Positions 33,592 to 46,774 of a stretch of DNA of 64,000 bases are shown here, piece by piece; the first letter of the stretch is position 1, and each line of letters opens with the position of its first letter. A model generated the notes under the pieces. The model had not been told where the DNA came from, did no database searches, and saw only the letters and a list, made by a program, of their open reading frames with translations. This DNA comes from Elsinoe ampelina (Eukaryota). The DNA lies in contig ML992513.1 in the NCBI GenBank assembly GCA_010093995.1, forward strand, positions 493,203 to 557,202. The letters run 5' to 3'. Position numbers and translations under genes: made by a program.

Positions 33592-34450
33592 CTTGCGCTC
33601 TGGGAGAAAATTGCACTGATTGAGCAACAGGACAGCATCGCGGGCACAAACCTGCTTCTTATAAACTTACCATAATTGATCACTAAATATATGCCTGTTT
33701 GCAGATCATTAGGGTTTGACATCTGAACAGACCTTGCACAAACTTGATTCGGCCGGGCATACGCGGTAGCGTACACCTTAGCATCGTTCAGACATGAAAC
33801 TACGACGTGACCTTCCATTGCCGGTCGAGTAGGGTCAAGCAGGGTCGAATCGAAAACGAAACGCCACGAGCTTGGTTGGACCGACGGGATTGGCCACATT
33901 CGAACGATCATTCAGGAATTTCAGGTCCACGGTGTTTGTGAGTGGACCGTCAATGGACAATAGCTGATCCTAGATGCTTGTCTGCTGCCAACAACATGAT
34001 CATCCTCTCGTTCGAGCATGCCTGGGTTAAACGGGTGAGGGCAAGGAAAGGAAGACGGACAAGCAAACGTTGTTGTTGAGGCGGAAATTACTTTTAGGGT
34101 ATATAGCCGAGGTTGAGAAACGCGCTTTTCTGCTCAGCCACCACATGCGCCATGGTCGAACTGACGCATTTGCAATTGACTGACAACTCGATTGGTTTAT
34201 TCGATTACAACCAGATTTCGGCAGCATCGAGGACTCCGTGAAAGTCCTCGGCGTCAATTCTGTGAAGGTACAAAGACAAGAACTATACATAGGTGGCAGG
34301 TCGATGCTTAACTTCGACTCATGACGTCGTGGTCCAATCGATCCAAAATGGCCAGAGACGTGCTTCAAGTCTCTACAACTACATCTTGCTTCGAGAAATG
34401 CAGATTTCCGGACCAATGGTCATCTCTACGTGGTCGTCTGATCGGACACA

Positions 34451-37279
34451 ATGAACACTGGAGCGGACGAAGCGCAGGACCCGAGTCCAAATGGCGTGAC
34501 TTCGAGCTTCTTCACCGTGTTCCCGAGAGAGCTTGTCGAAGGGATTCTTTCATATCTCAGATATTCCGACCTCTGCAGACTCGGCCAGGTCTCGAGATGC
34601 TCCAATCAAGCGTCCATGCCGCTGTTGTGGCGTTCGGTCCGCTTGACTGACAAGCAACCTAAATTGCCCGGCCATGCTCCCGGTGAGCACGATGACTCTG
34701 ACATGATTGGCATTCTACTCACGCTAGCAAAGTAAGTAGCAGTACAATCTCAATCGTGTAGAATAACTCTGGCGCCCATGCGCAGAGCTTAAGAACGGCT
34801 ACATGCTAAGGCTACCAGTAATCCTTTGGTGGCATCGCTAGTACATCAACTTGATTATCAGTGCCACATAACGCCACACATTCAGCGCAACGATGGGCAA
34901 GGCCTCAGTCGCGAGTGCTCGATTGCCCGCTCTTTGAGTGCCGACATTCGGACAATTCATCTAGTCAAGCTGGCCGCAGCAAATCTGTCAGGGCTTCGAA
35001 GTTTAAGCATTTTCCATGGCCACCACTATGTCATACAAGCCTTGATCGGTACATTGTTCGGGAAATCGTCCCGATCTAGGAGAACGATCAAAACCCTGCG
35101 CCTGGAGGAATGTTCCCTGTCGTTCGATCCCGCAGACTACCACGCCAACCTCGACTTCAGTGGTCTTGAGGCAGTAGATGTCCGAGGCGTCTCACTTGGC
35201 AATGCAGACTCGGGGTCTAGATGGAAGGTGATGGTCAAACAAGGCCAGCAGGTCAAGTATAACGACAAGTATTCTAGAACACATGAATGCCGCATACAAG
35301 ACGTCCAAGGTGAGCTCGGAGAGTATATGAAGATTATCGAATGGCGAGGCACGCATATGGAGAGGCGTTCCCTTGAACTGGTAGACGATGATGAGATCTC
35401 CTATTTCATGCTCCCAAGGGAGAGACCAGAAGCAAAACAACTCTTGCCTGCAACATACTCTTCGCAGCTGGCTCGTTTGCAGCACCTCCTGAGCTTTGCC
35501 GCAGACAAGCCGTGGGGTCAGGTTGAAATCGAGTATGATAATCTGCTAGCCATTGTACATGGAGCTAACAACTCAAAGTGACTTTACTTGGCTCTACTCC
35601 ATGTCGGAGTGTGTACAGCGCTCGATCCTTCTCCCGATCTTTCACACAGCTGCAACAAGTCTGAAGACCATCTCCCTGGACTGGGACGGTATTGTCATGG
35701 ACAGATCTCTGCTATCGAATCATCCTCTTGTTCATACAAGCCTTGCAAAGCTCTTCAGGCAGTTCTTCCAGCTGGACTTTCCCCAATTGACTACCTTGAT
35801 TAATCGATTTGCCGCTCTCGGAGACGGTGTGCATTTACCAGATATGTTCGTCTTCGACACGACAGGCGACACAGAAATGGACGATGCATCTCTCGAAGCG
35901 CTCTCATCCTCGTTCTTCGACCGTCATAGTCGGATAGAAGAGCTTGTATGGCCAATCAACCAATTCTTCAGCGGTCGAGGTGGGCTTACATTGACTCGGG
36001 CATCACAAACCACTCTGACGAGACTGGCAACTAATCTGAGAAGGCTAGAGGTTGGAATGTGCTTCATGCGTTGCTCCACCTCGCACGATCAATTCACGGG
36101 TACGTCCACGACATCACTTGAAAATCCTCATCCCTGACCAGTACAGACGCCCTGACCAGCATCCGCCGATTCACCACCCTCTTCGCCCCCCATTGCACCC
36201 ACCTCAAATCCCTCTCCATCAACGGCTCCCTTCCCACCATCTTCCACCGCGAGATCCTCCGCGCCTTCCGCCTCTGCCCCCTCCGCACCCTCAATCTCTC
36301 CTCCCCCATCTACCCCGGCGGACTCCCCTCCACCTGGGACGAACCCACCCACACCCCCCTCCCACCCGACGGCAACCCCTCCTGGACCGAGAAATGGCGT
36401 GTCCTCCGCAACGGCATCTTCCTCGACCCCTCCCCCTCACCCACCTCCCTCGCCTCCCTCTCCCTGACCAACGTCCCCTTCAACCCCCTCGAGGAGAAAC
36501 TCAGACCCTACACCCCCCAAGCCGAGTCGCCCCACGAACCCCTCCCCAGCATCATCGCGCGCTTCTACGCCCCGACCCTCGAACACCTGACGCTAAAAGG
36601 GCACATCGGCTGCCCCCTACTCTCCTCCCCCAACCTCCACCTGCCCTCCATGCAACCCCTCCAGCACCTGCACTCCCTCCGCACACTCACCACCTCCCTC
36701 TCCCCGCCCTACGACGGCGAAGGGAGGGACGACCGCCCTTCCATGGCGGGGTACTGGAACTCTCTCCTGCTGTCAGTGGAGAAATGGGAGTTTGTGCAGG
36801 GTTGCGACGAGGACGGGCACGTGGAAGCGGGGGCAAGGCATCCTTACCGTGAGCTGGCGGACGCGGTGGCGCGGGGGGTCGGGCCGTGGTTGTCCGGGGA
36901 AGCGAAGGGGAGGAGGGGAGGGGTGAGGGTTGAGGGGCGGTTTTTCACTGATGGCGTGGGGGTGGGGGTGGGGGTTGACGTGGGGTGTCTTTCGTCAGGT
37001 GCGGGTGTGAGTGTGCGTGAGGGGGGGAGTGGTGGAGACGTGGAGGAGACTGTGCAGAGGGGGGTGGGAGGGAGAGGGGACGAGGAGGGAGAGACTATCA
37101 TGCTGGGTTATGAGGGTCTGAAGGATGTGGAGGATAGGGAGCAGACGGATAGGCATATCATGGGGAAGAGGTTCGCGAGCTCGGCTGGGACGTGGGATCA
37201 GCATTTCTGGATGACTACGTTTGAGGGCGTGGGGAGGCCGGTGAGGAACAGGCCGAGGGGTGCTGGGGCTGGAGGGTGA
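34451..37279 (+). CDS. F-box protein with LRR-like C-terminal region; introns ~34732-34818, 35533-35578, 36100-36146
   Basis: N-terminal FPRELVEGILSYLRYSDLCRLGQVSR (F-box) and LRR-like LRSLSI/IKTLRLEEC/LKTISLDW segments. Three introns with branch sites join the ORFs in frame. Confidence 0.75.
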
Positions 37280-37497
37280 ATGTACTGGAAGATACGGGCG
37301 GCTGATTGGACAGGGTGAGATGTTGATTCGACGCCGTGGTGCACGATGGTAATGAGATTTTGGTGAGGGTTGTGCAGTAAATGACTTTGGACAGCGCTAC
37401 TAGTGCTGCCATCAACGTAGCTGCCTGTTGTGTCTATAGTACATGCTCGTCTACCCAGCCTTGCTGTACCTCATCACTTGAGTCATAACAGCCCTGC

Positions 37498-39169
37498 CTA
37501 ATGAGCCTTGACAGCTTTTCCACTCTTGGCCCCTGGCGCCGTGATGCGAGCCATCATCTCCTCCTTTGTAATCAAGTGATCGATCCTCTCCAACAAACCC
37601 AGCAAGCTCTTCATGTTCCCGCTCCACTCGTTCAGCACCTCATCTGCATCTCGACGCTTCTCGAAGCTGACCAGCCTTGCGGGTCTATCGATCTTTGCAT
37701 AGATCGTCTTGTTCACCACGAGATCGCTGATATACTTCTCCGTCTCCTCCTCGCTGAGGTCAAGAAGTTCCGTCAAGCGCTTGAAATGGATCCTCGTGTA
37801 GTACTTCGCCACGACACGAACGTTGTGCTCGATCACACGCTTGCGGAAATCAAGCCAGCGCTGGTGAGCCTTGGGATCTGAGCTCGATTCGGTGGAGGAG
37901 AAGACGTCGGACTGTGTGAGGTGGGAGCCGTAGTTTTCGGCCACCGAGGGCCATCGCATCAGCTCGTCGACAGTGAAGAGCTTGAGAATGGCGGCGTCGG
38001 TAGGAATTTGCTGGTTGCGGGTGTCGCGGTGGATGCGGTGGAGTAGGTCTGATTGTTCATTGTCGTAGGGAGCGAGTATGATGAAGTAGATGACGCGTTG
38101 GAGGGCCTACGATGGTCAGAGAGATTAGTGGGCTGGAAAGACTTGCTGTACTTACAGTCCTGAGCTGTTCTGGATTGTTCTCCACAGCTTCTGTATCCAA
38201 GACCTGCCGCCAGTGCTTGCAGACCTCGAGATACTTGTCTTCGTGCTTGGCGAGAGTTATCTGCTGTTCGTAGTATCGCAACTTGAGATCTGTAACATCG
38301 TCCTCTGGTTCTGGCGGGGATTCGTCTGGGCCCCGCTTCCTTTCCCGCTCCTCCCTCTCCTTCTTCTCCTTCTCAAGCTCTTCTGGGGTCTTCTTGGGTT
38401 TGCGCGAGAAGTATCGCGTACTGATCTTTCGGCTGAGAATGCCCGCTTGTGTCCAGTCATCATTCTCGATGCATAGCGCGACCTGCTCAAGGATGAATTC
38501 TGTCTTTTCTCTCCTAGACATTGATCCAAACGTCTCGACCTGCAGCTCGCACAGGATCTCCGTAGCAGCCTTGATGTCGCCTTTCGATTTCTTGATGTCC
38601 GAGAGAATGCGTGTGACACGGGCGCGCTCGACTTCGACGAAAATCTGTCCACAGTCAGCCTTTTGTCCTTGCCGACCTGCAATTCCCTTACTTTGCCTTC
38701 CGTGACTGTCCGTAGGGTCTCGATGGTTGACAGCTTGACATCCTCGCTCGGCGTTTCGTCCAGGAACCCCATCACCACCTGCACCATCTTCGTAATAGCC
38801 TGTTTGAGCTGACCATGCTTCTTTGACAATAGCTGGACCTGCTCATTGAGCAAGGGCCAGTCTCCGGAATCTTTACATATCGTGACAATGCTGACGAGGA
38901 TGCGGGAGGTTGATGGAAGGTCAGATGCCTATGAATTGTGAGCAACGAACTTTGCGACTCTCTCAGAAATCCGTACTTGTCTGGTCTGTTTCTCGAGCGA
39001 CAGTAATCTGTCTATACCTGACTGTACATTTGTCTGCTATCCTGTCAGATCACGGACCGGCCTGTACGCAGCATAAGATATCTACCTTTGCGAGCTTCTC
39101 AGCTTCTGGAATGGCCGCATCGACCTCTTTGGTAAAGTCCTTCTCTGCCTTTAATACCCCGTCCGCCAT
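37498..39169 (-). CDS. RPN5: 26S proteasome lid subunit Rpn5 (multi-intron)
   Basis: MADGVLKAEKDFTKEVD, LSKKHGQLKQAITKMVQ, LRTVTEGK|IFVEVERARVT, ELQVETFGSM, RVIEHNVRVVAKYY, PCI domain C-terminus. Confidence 0.96.
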
Positions 39170-39457
39170 CTTCGCGCAATTTGACTTGGTTTTATGATGA
39201 GGTCGGTGGTGATTTGGTATGGGATTAGAGGAAGGAGGTGCGGGTGATGAGGTCGATGATGTTCAGTTGCAATGTAGGTGATCTGAAGTTCGGAGCTCAA
39301 GATCGTCAATGACACGCGATGAGCTTCGCCGAACGTCAAAGGTGATCTGAGCCAGCCTCCGTCTGAGCCAGAACGGCACAAATCAATTTCACATGCCAGC
39401 GACGAAGATGGCTCAGACATCATATATTTTCATGCTCATGCTCAAATGGGTATCTTG

Positions 39458-40400
39458 CTAATAGAAAAGCAGCTGCAGTCTATCTTGCCCCAGCTCATAA
39501 CGCTTGGAGAGCTCCTCCCTCTTCAGCAGATTCATCAATGGCACAAGAGTCTCTCGCATGTCCAGTATACCACGCTTCTTGACGTCTATGTGCGAAGTAT
39601 CAACAATGATACGCTTCAGCGATGTTGATTTCAGTGCACCTGTACCTTGTCAGCATCTTGCAGTAGGTATGTACCACCAAGTTCCTTACCATCATCGAGC
39701 AGATCGATGATCCTCTGAGGTGTGCCAACTCCAATGTTGATCCTCGTCTTCGTGACGGTCTCAATCGCCTCCTTCAGCTTGATGTGCTTTGCAAACAGCT
39801 TCTCCACCTTTGCTTCCTTGGTTTGATATTGACGCAAGGCTCTCGTCAGATCCGCTGCTCTCAGTCCAGCTCCTGCTATAACCAGAGTATGCGGACTTCC
39901 TTGCGCTTTTGGTGCTCTCTTCAGATCAACGCCTTTAGTCTTGTCACCGGCGCCAGCAAAGTGCTCTAAAAAGTTCGGAAGATTCTCCTTTTCACGAGAC
40001 TCGTGCCATTCGCTTGTATCGCTGATCGCACTTGCTGACCACTATCAGTATACGTTTACCTCCCCAGCGTGCAGATTGACCTACCGGGTATCCTGAGATC
40101 TTCTTGCTCGACCGTGCTCAAGTCGTTCTGGTGTCTCCGATTGCGCTGTGCAATATGATCTGCAAGCAGCTGAGGATCCATGTGCCCAACGGCATTGTTG
40201 ATGCCTCTCTCCAGATCCAAGGCATCGTCGAGAGGATCGGTCGAGGGTTTGGACTTCTTTCGCTTTGAAGCTCGTTTGCTTAGTGGCTTCGATTCTTCTG
40301 CCCGCTTGCGCTTCTTGGATTCTGGCTCCGCAGATGATCTCGGAGAGCTCGACGTAGCTGATAGGGCAGGACTTTGCAGTCCGTCCTCTATTATCGACAT
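39458..40400 (-). CDS. CMS1: Cms1, U3-containing 90S pre-ribosome-associated protein (2 introns)
   Basis: MDPQLLADHIAQR, KLFAKHIKLKEA, IGVGTPQRIIDLL, IIVDTSHIDVKKRGILDM..LLFY*. Confidence 0.88.
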
Positions 40401-40571
40401 GTTGTATATGTGAAGAGAATCAGACACTTAGGGAGGGCACTGCTTGTTCGAGAAAAAGTTCTTATCGATAATGCAGCTGCGGAACATTTCCGTTCCGTTT
40501 GACATGTGCTCGTTCACAAGCATCAATGATCACAAGGCACAAGGTAGATATCCTGCATACATGTATGTTCA

Positions 40572-41604
40572 TTACCATTCTCTACTCTGCTTCACTCTCC
40601 TGGCCGCAGACGCTGGGGGCTTCTTCACAACCATCCATAACATGATCGACGTCGCCAGTGACAGCGAGTACCACGTGAAGATGTACTGCGTATGGTTGTT
40701 CCTTATGTTGACCTCAGGTGGACGGCCGATTGGGATTCCCTTGTCTTGTCGTGTGTATGCCTCGACCAGATCCGGCCTCATTGTCTCTTCAATCCAGACA
40801 GGTTGACTCCCTGTAAGTTGCGCCATTTGCTCAACATCCGGGAAGAAGAACCGCCACTGCGATGGCTGATTGTCTGGTGTGAACATGTTCTTCTTCCAAG
40901 GTTCGCGTAACAGACCTTGGACAGTGACCTCCCCCCTCGGTAAAGATTCAGGTCTTGTGTTTTGATCGCCCTTTTCCTTTGCAATCCAGCCTCGGGATAC
41001 TAGTATCTTCGTGTTTCCTGGGAAGTCACCAAAGTCGCGCTCAAAAGGCGTCACTACCAGATATCCATCATTCCCGTCGTGCATTCGCGGTCCGATCAGC
41101 ATCTCCTGATCATGTCGGAAGCGTCCCGTCGTGTAGACTCTGCGATAGTCAAAGTCCTGTATGGAGTTCGGGTCGATGGTGGGCGGGAGAGGTAGAGGAT
41201 CTCGCACAAGTCTGTCCTCGAATCTCGCCAGTAGCTCGGTCTTCCAGCCAAGTCTTTGCACCTGCCATGATCCTAGGGCAAAGGCTGTGATGGGGATGAA
41301 GGCTTCACCTGTCAGATATGATTCTCGGGCGGCACATGGTCAATAGCTTACCTAACACAGCAAGACCCCAAGTGTGCTTCTTATTGGTTCTCACGAGCTG
41401 AGGTGGATTGTCGACAATCGAGTGGAAGGAGGGGTCATCGGCAGGACTGCGGGTCGCATATTTTCTCTTCCATGTTGACCGCAAACCCTTCTTGTCGCAA
41501 CTCGGGCATATCCAACTCGTCGATCGTCCGCCTCTGGTAGTTCTTGCAACTCCGATTCCGGTCCTTGAGGTCAACAGAGCTTGCCTCCATATCGAGTTTC
41601 GCAT
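40572..41604 (-). CDS. SHY1: SURF1-family cytochrome c oxidase assembly factor; one intron ~41308-41351
   Basis: IPITAFALGSWQVQRLGWK, GYLVVTPF, LVSRGWI, NNHTQYIFTWYSLS. Confidence 0.95.
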
Positions 41605-41873
41605 GTTGGATGTGAAGATTGAATGAAGCTTCGAACTTGCTCTTCTCCGCAAAGTCCGAGAGCTGCTCGGACTTGGCGCGCCAAGGCCGAACGCGGGCGC
41701 GCGCCCGGAAGTAATTATTCTGACGCGGTTGACCTAGCTGCACCAAAGCTTCAAGCCTCGATCGCTCTTCCACCTCCACCTTCAACCATCCGCCTTTTAA
41801 CATCGACACGACCGACATCACTGGTAGTATTTCCGCAAAGCTGGTAGTGGCCGAAAAGGCCAGCACCATCAAC

Positions 41874-44800
41874 ATGGCTGACGAGATCACTATCGACAAG
41901 GATGTGTTCCACGAGCGCCTCGGAAACCTCATCACCGCCTGGAAAGGCGACAAGCGCGCCAACGATGTCTTATTCCACGGCGCCGGCGCTCTTGCGATTG
42001 TGATGGGAAAGAGTGAAGAAGACCAAGGATCTACCAAGACTAGTGCCTTACAGGTGAGAACAGACTGAGCCGAACAGTGAGCGAATAGTGAAGCAGGAAC
42101 TGACATGTTCCAGTCATGGCTTCTAGGCTACGAGTTCCCATCAACCCTGTTCATCATCACACTCGAGGCCATCTACATTGTCACAACCAAGAAGAAGGCA
42201 GCTTACCTCGAACCACTAAAAGGTGGTAAGACACCTGTTGAAGTTCTAGTGCGGGGCAAGGACGCCGAGGAGAACGAGAAACAGTTCAAGCGCTGCCTTG
42301 ATATTATCAAGAACGCCGGAAGCAAAGTGGGCGTTTTGACCAAGGATCAGACAACTGGGCCCTTTGTCACGGAATGGAAGTCTGCATACTCTGAAATCTC
42401 TAAAGATGTGGAGGAAGTCGACATCGCTACAGCCTTCTCGGCGGTCATGTCCAGCAAGGATGAGAACGAGTTGCGCGCCATTCGCGACGCCTCTCGCGCT
42501 TCAGCTGGCCTCATGGGTAAGTACTTTGTGGACACCATGTCTGGCATCATCGACGAGGAGAAGAAGATCACCCACAAGAAGCTCTCACAGCAAGTCTCGG
42601 ACAAGATCGAGGACGAGAAGTTTTTTCAAAAACTCAAGGTCTCGGATCCAAGTCTACTCGACTGGGCCATCCAGCCTGTGGTTCAGTCCGGTGGCAAGTA
42701 CGACCTCAAGCTGTCTGCTCTTCCAGATGACAGCAATCTTCATGCTGGAGTCATACTCGCGACTCTTGGTCTTCGCCTGCAAACCTACAATTCGCTGGTT
42801 GCTCGCACATACCTGGTTGATCCCAACAAGTCGCAAGAGAACACCTACAAGCTTCTGCTGGCCGTTCACGACACAGTGCTGAAGAATGCAAAGGACGGTG
42901 TGGTAGCGAAAGATCTCTACAAGAAGGCGATCGACCTCATCAAGTCGAAGAAGCCAGAGCTGGAGAAGAATTTCGTCAAGAGTGTTGGGTACGGTATTGG
43001 CATCGAGATTAGGGACTCGGCACTCGCTCTCAACACAAAGTGTGCTACAGTGCTCAAGGACGGCATGACTCTTACCATCACTACCGGCTTCAACGAGGTC
43101 ACAAACCCAAGCCCGCAGGACAAGCAGAGCAAGACCTATTCACTGATCTTGACCGACACTATCCGCGTTGGGCCTCGTGAGGCGGTCGTGTTCACTAAGG
43201 ATGCACCGACCGATCTGGAATCGACCTCATTCTTCTTCAACGATGAAGAAGAGGAGCAGCAAAAGAAACCCAAGGCAAAGAAGGACTCCAAAGTCGGAGC
43301 AGTTGCACAGACGAACATCAAGAGCACTCGTCTACGCAACGAGAGATCCACCAACGTGAACGAGGAGAGGGAAGCGCAGCGCAAGGAGCACCAGCGCGAA
43401 CTTCACCAAAAGAAGCAGAAGGAAGGTCTCGACAAGTATGGAGAGGGGACTGGCAACTTGAACGGCACAGAAGAAAAGAAGTTCAAGAAGTTCGAGTCTT
43501 ACAAGCAGCCCAACATGCTACCCACCAGGATCAAGGACCTTACCATCATAGTCGATGTAAAGTCGAACAGCGTCATCGTGCCGATTATGGGTCGGCCTGT
43601 CCCTTTTCACATCAACACGATCAAGAACGTCTCACAGACACAGGAGCCTGGTGGTGTCACATTCCTTCGTATCAACTTTCTGTCACCTGGTCAAGGTGTC
43701 GGCCGCAAGGACGATCAACCATTCGAGGACCCGACAGCACATTTTGTCCGCAGCATGACCTTCCGCTCGACCGATGCTAACCGCATGGACAACATTGTTC
43801 AACAGGTCACCGAGATGAAAAAGAGTGCTGTTCGTCGCGAGCAGGAGAAAAAGGAAATGGAAGATGTCGTCGAGCAGGACAAGCTTGTCGAGATAAGAAG
43901 TATGTCTTTGGTTACATCGCTTAGAAGATTCAGGCTAATTACTCCGCAGACCGTCGTCCACACCGTCTCGACACCATCTTCATGCGTCCCGCTCTCGAGA
44001 ACAAGCGTATCGGCGGTAATGTCGAGATTCACCAGAACGGTATTCGCTACACTCACATGGGTGGCATCAAGCACGACATTCTCTTTTCCAACATCAAGCA
44101 TCTCTTCTTCCAGGACTCCAAGCACGAGCTCATCGTCATTATTCATATGCATCTCCACACTCCGATCATTGTCGGCAAGCGCAAGACGAAAGACGTGCAG
44201 TTCTATCGTGAAGCCACGGAGATGCAATTCGACGAGACTGGCAATCGCAAACGCCGTCATCGATATGGAGACGAAGAAGAATTCGAGGCGGAGCAGGAGG
44301 AGCGACGTCGTCGTGCGGCCTTGGACAAAGAATTCAAGGCATTTACCGAACGCATTGCGGAAGCAGGACGTGGAGAGAACTTGCAGGTTGATATGCCCTT
44401 CCGCGAGCTCAGCTTCAACGGTGTCCCTGCTCGCAGCAGTGTTACGATGAGTCCGACCACAGACTGTCTGGTCCAGCTCACCGAACCTCCATTCTTCGTC
44501 ATCACCCTGTCAGAGATCGAGATTGTGCACTTGGAACGTGTGCAATTCGGTCTCAAGAACTTTGACATGGTCGTCGTCTTCAAGGACTACAAGAGCCCGC
44601 CATCACACATCAACACCATCCCGGTCGACGCCCTAGACCAGCTGAAGGACTGGCTCGACAGTGTCGACATTCCATTCACCGAAGGACCACTGAACCTCAA
44701 CTGGGGCCAGATCATGAAGACCGTTACTGCCGATCCTCATCAGTTCTACGCCGATGGAGGGTGGTCTTTCCTGGCCGAAGAGAGCGAGGACGAGGGTGAC

Positions 44801-45043
44801 GAGGAGGAAAGTGAAGAGTCTGCCTTTGAGGTTTCAGAGGAAGACCTCGCTAGCGAGGAATCATCGGAAGATGATAGTGAATTTGACGAGGAAGCCAGTG
44901 CCGAGGCCAGTGAGGAAGACATGTCTGGCGAGGAAGAGGAAGGGGAGGACTGGGATGAGCTTGAGAAGAAAGCAAAGAGGAAGGACAAGGAGAGTGGGTT
45001 AGATGACGAGGATGATGGGAGGAAGAAGAAGGGGAAGCGCTAG
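41874..45043 (+). CDS. SPT16: FACT complex subunit Spt16; introns 42054-42113, 43900-43949
   Basis: [58 protein letters not shown], acidic tail ending EGEDWDELE. Confidence 0.97.
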
Positions 45044-45673
45044 GAGGATTCCAGGCGCGCTCAGAAAGGCAGACCAAAGCAGAAGTCGAGAAAGGACAGC
45101 TCATCGGATGACGAGGAAGACGCTGTTGCCGTTGACATCGATATAGAGGATGAGTACGGAGACAGTTTCGGCGGCGATAGTGGTCGCCAGACAGAGCGTC
45201 CGAGGAAATAGGGACGTAAGGAAGCTGCTCTGTACAATAAAGGGGCCAAGTTGACATGAGCATGGATAGCGATATCAGTAGGCAAGTCAGGAGAGCTTAA
45301 CTACCACAGATGGAGTCAGCGCTATTGATCGTATTGAGTAGTCAAGTCGAATCCATATCAAAAGTCGCAACAACTTCCTGCTCAGTACACCTCTGCATGC
45401 AGGTCAAACGTGGTGAAGCAATTTCAGGCCAACTCCCACTTTGGAACCGACTCTGACAAGAACTTCTGTTGACGTTCAACTACGATAATCGAGCAATAAG
45501 CGAAACTCAACAAGTATCTCCCAGAAATGAATATCCCGTTCTCCACCCTTCCACTCCTCCCTTTCCAGCAGATCTACTCCTTCCTCTGCCCAAGAATACT
45601 CGCCAAATCCCACGTCCTAGTCGGTCTCCTGCTCACAATCAGTACAGCCCCCCTTCAATACCTTCAGACGCAC

Positions 45674-46774
45674 TCACGGATTCACCACCTCGGGATTCGG
45701 CTCATACTCCCCGTTTCCCCCCTCCTCATCCCCCTCACCCACCTCCGGCGCAGGCGTCACCCCTCCCACCGAACCCCTCACCGTCGTCGTCCCCGCCCAA
45801 ACCGTACTCGTCAACGCCACGGTCGTCGTCCTGGTCGACAACGCCGGCAACACCGTATACGTGACCTCACCCGTGACCGTGACGGTCGGGGTCCTCGTCT
45901 CCACCACCCTGCTCTCGCTCTCGACGCTGTACGCCAACTCGACCGTCTCCACCAGACTGACGGTCGTGAGACGCGCCGACACATTGGCGGTCACGGTCTC
46001 GAAGATGAGCTGGCTTGGTCCGGCCATTGTGGTGGTGAAGTTTATGCTGGTCGTGGTGGTGGCGATGGACGTGAGGGTCGTGGGCCGCCAGATTTGGTAC
46101 TCTAGGATGCAGAGGTAGGTGCCGTTGGATTGGTAGGAGCAGATTCGCAGGTCGACGTCGGTGGGGGCCGAGGCGGTGGTGAGGGCTTGCCAGGAGGCGA
46201 TGAAGTAGGTTGTGAGGGTGCGGATGGTGCTGAGGGGGGGAGCGGGGGTGGGGACGGGGGAGATGGTTGGCGTGGAGGTGACCAGGATGTACCCGAATTG
46301 GGTGCTGAAGGTGACGTTTTGCGCGCAGGAGGTGATGGTGTGCTTGTCTACTAGGCCGGTGAGGGTGGTGGCGCAGACTTCGGTCACGGTTGGGGAGAAG
46401 ATGGTGTGGCATCTTTCGGGGCCGGTTTGGTAGCTTGCGGTGTAGTTGAGGTAGGGGCGGGTTGAGGGCCAGGGGGTGGGCGTGGGTTGAGGGATGGCGG
46501 CGACTGGGGGGAGGGCGCAAACGGTGTATTGGGGGACGTAGGAGGTGACGAGTTGGCCTTGTTGTGTGACTGGTACTGGTGTGGCTCCTGGTGATGGCGT
46601 GATATAGGTGTAGACCAGTGGTGCTGGAGGTGTTGTTGCCGCTGCCGCCATGACTGGCATTGCTTGTCCAGTCGCTTGTCTCTTCACGATGTCGACAGCG
46701 TTGTGCTCGAACGCAGGGACCGCTGCCGCCGCGTGGACAAACGCCAACAGCAAGTATCCACCCTTTGCCACCAT
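45674..46774 (-). CDS. Secreted Thr/Pro-rich hypothetical protein with six Cys
   Basis: Signal peptide MVAKGGYLLLAFVHAAAA, Kex2-type VKR, continuous ORF, Thr-rich body. Confidence 0.75.
   Translation of the reverse strand: MVAKGGYLLLAFVHAAAAVPAFEHNAVDIVKRQATGQAMPVMAAAATTPPAPLVYTYITPSPGATPVPVTQQGQLVTSYVPQYTVCALPPVAAIPQPTPTPWPSTRPYLNYTASYQTGPERCHTIFSPTVTEVCATTLTGLVDKHTITSCAQNVTFSTQFGYILVTSTPTISPVPTPAPPLSTIRTLTTYFIASWQALTTASAPTDVDLRICSYQSNGTYLCILEYQIWRPTTLTSIATTTTSINFTTTMAGPSQLIFETVTANVSARLTTVSLVETVELAYSVESESRVVETRTPTVTVTGEVTYTVLPALSTRTTTVALTSTVWAGTTTVRGSVGGVTPAPEVGEGDEEGGNGEYEPNPEVVNP

Noticed and set aside
35553..36852. Apparent frameshifts in the F-box gene
   Set aside because: Resolved by introns 35533-35578 and 36100-36146 with branch sites; the gene appears intact.
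43900..44450. Overlapping SPT16 ORFs suggesting a frameshift
   Set aside because: Explained by intron 43900-43949.
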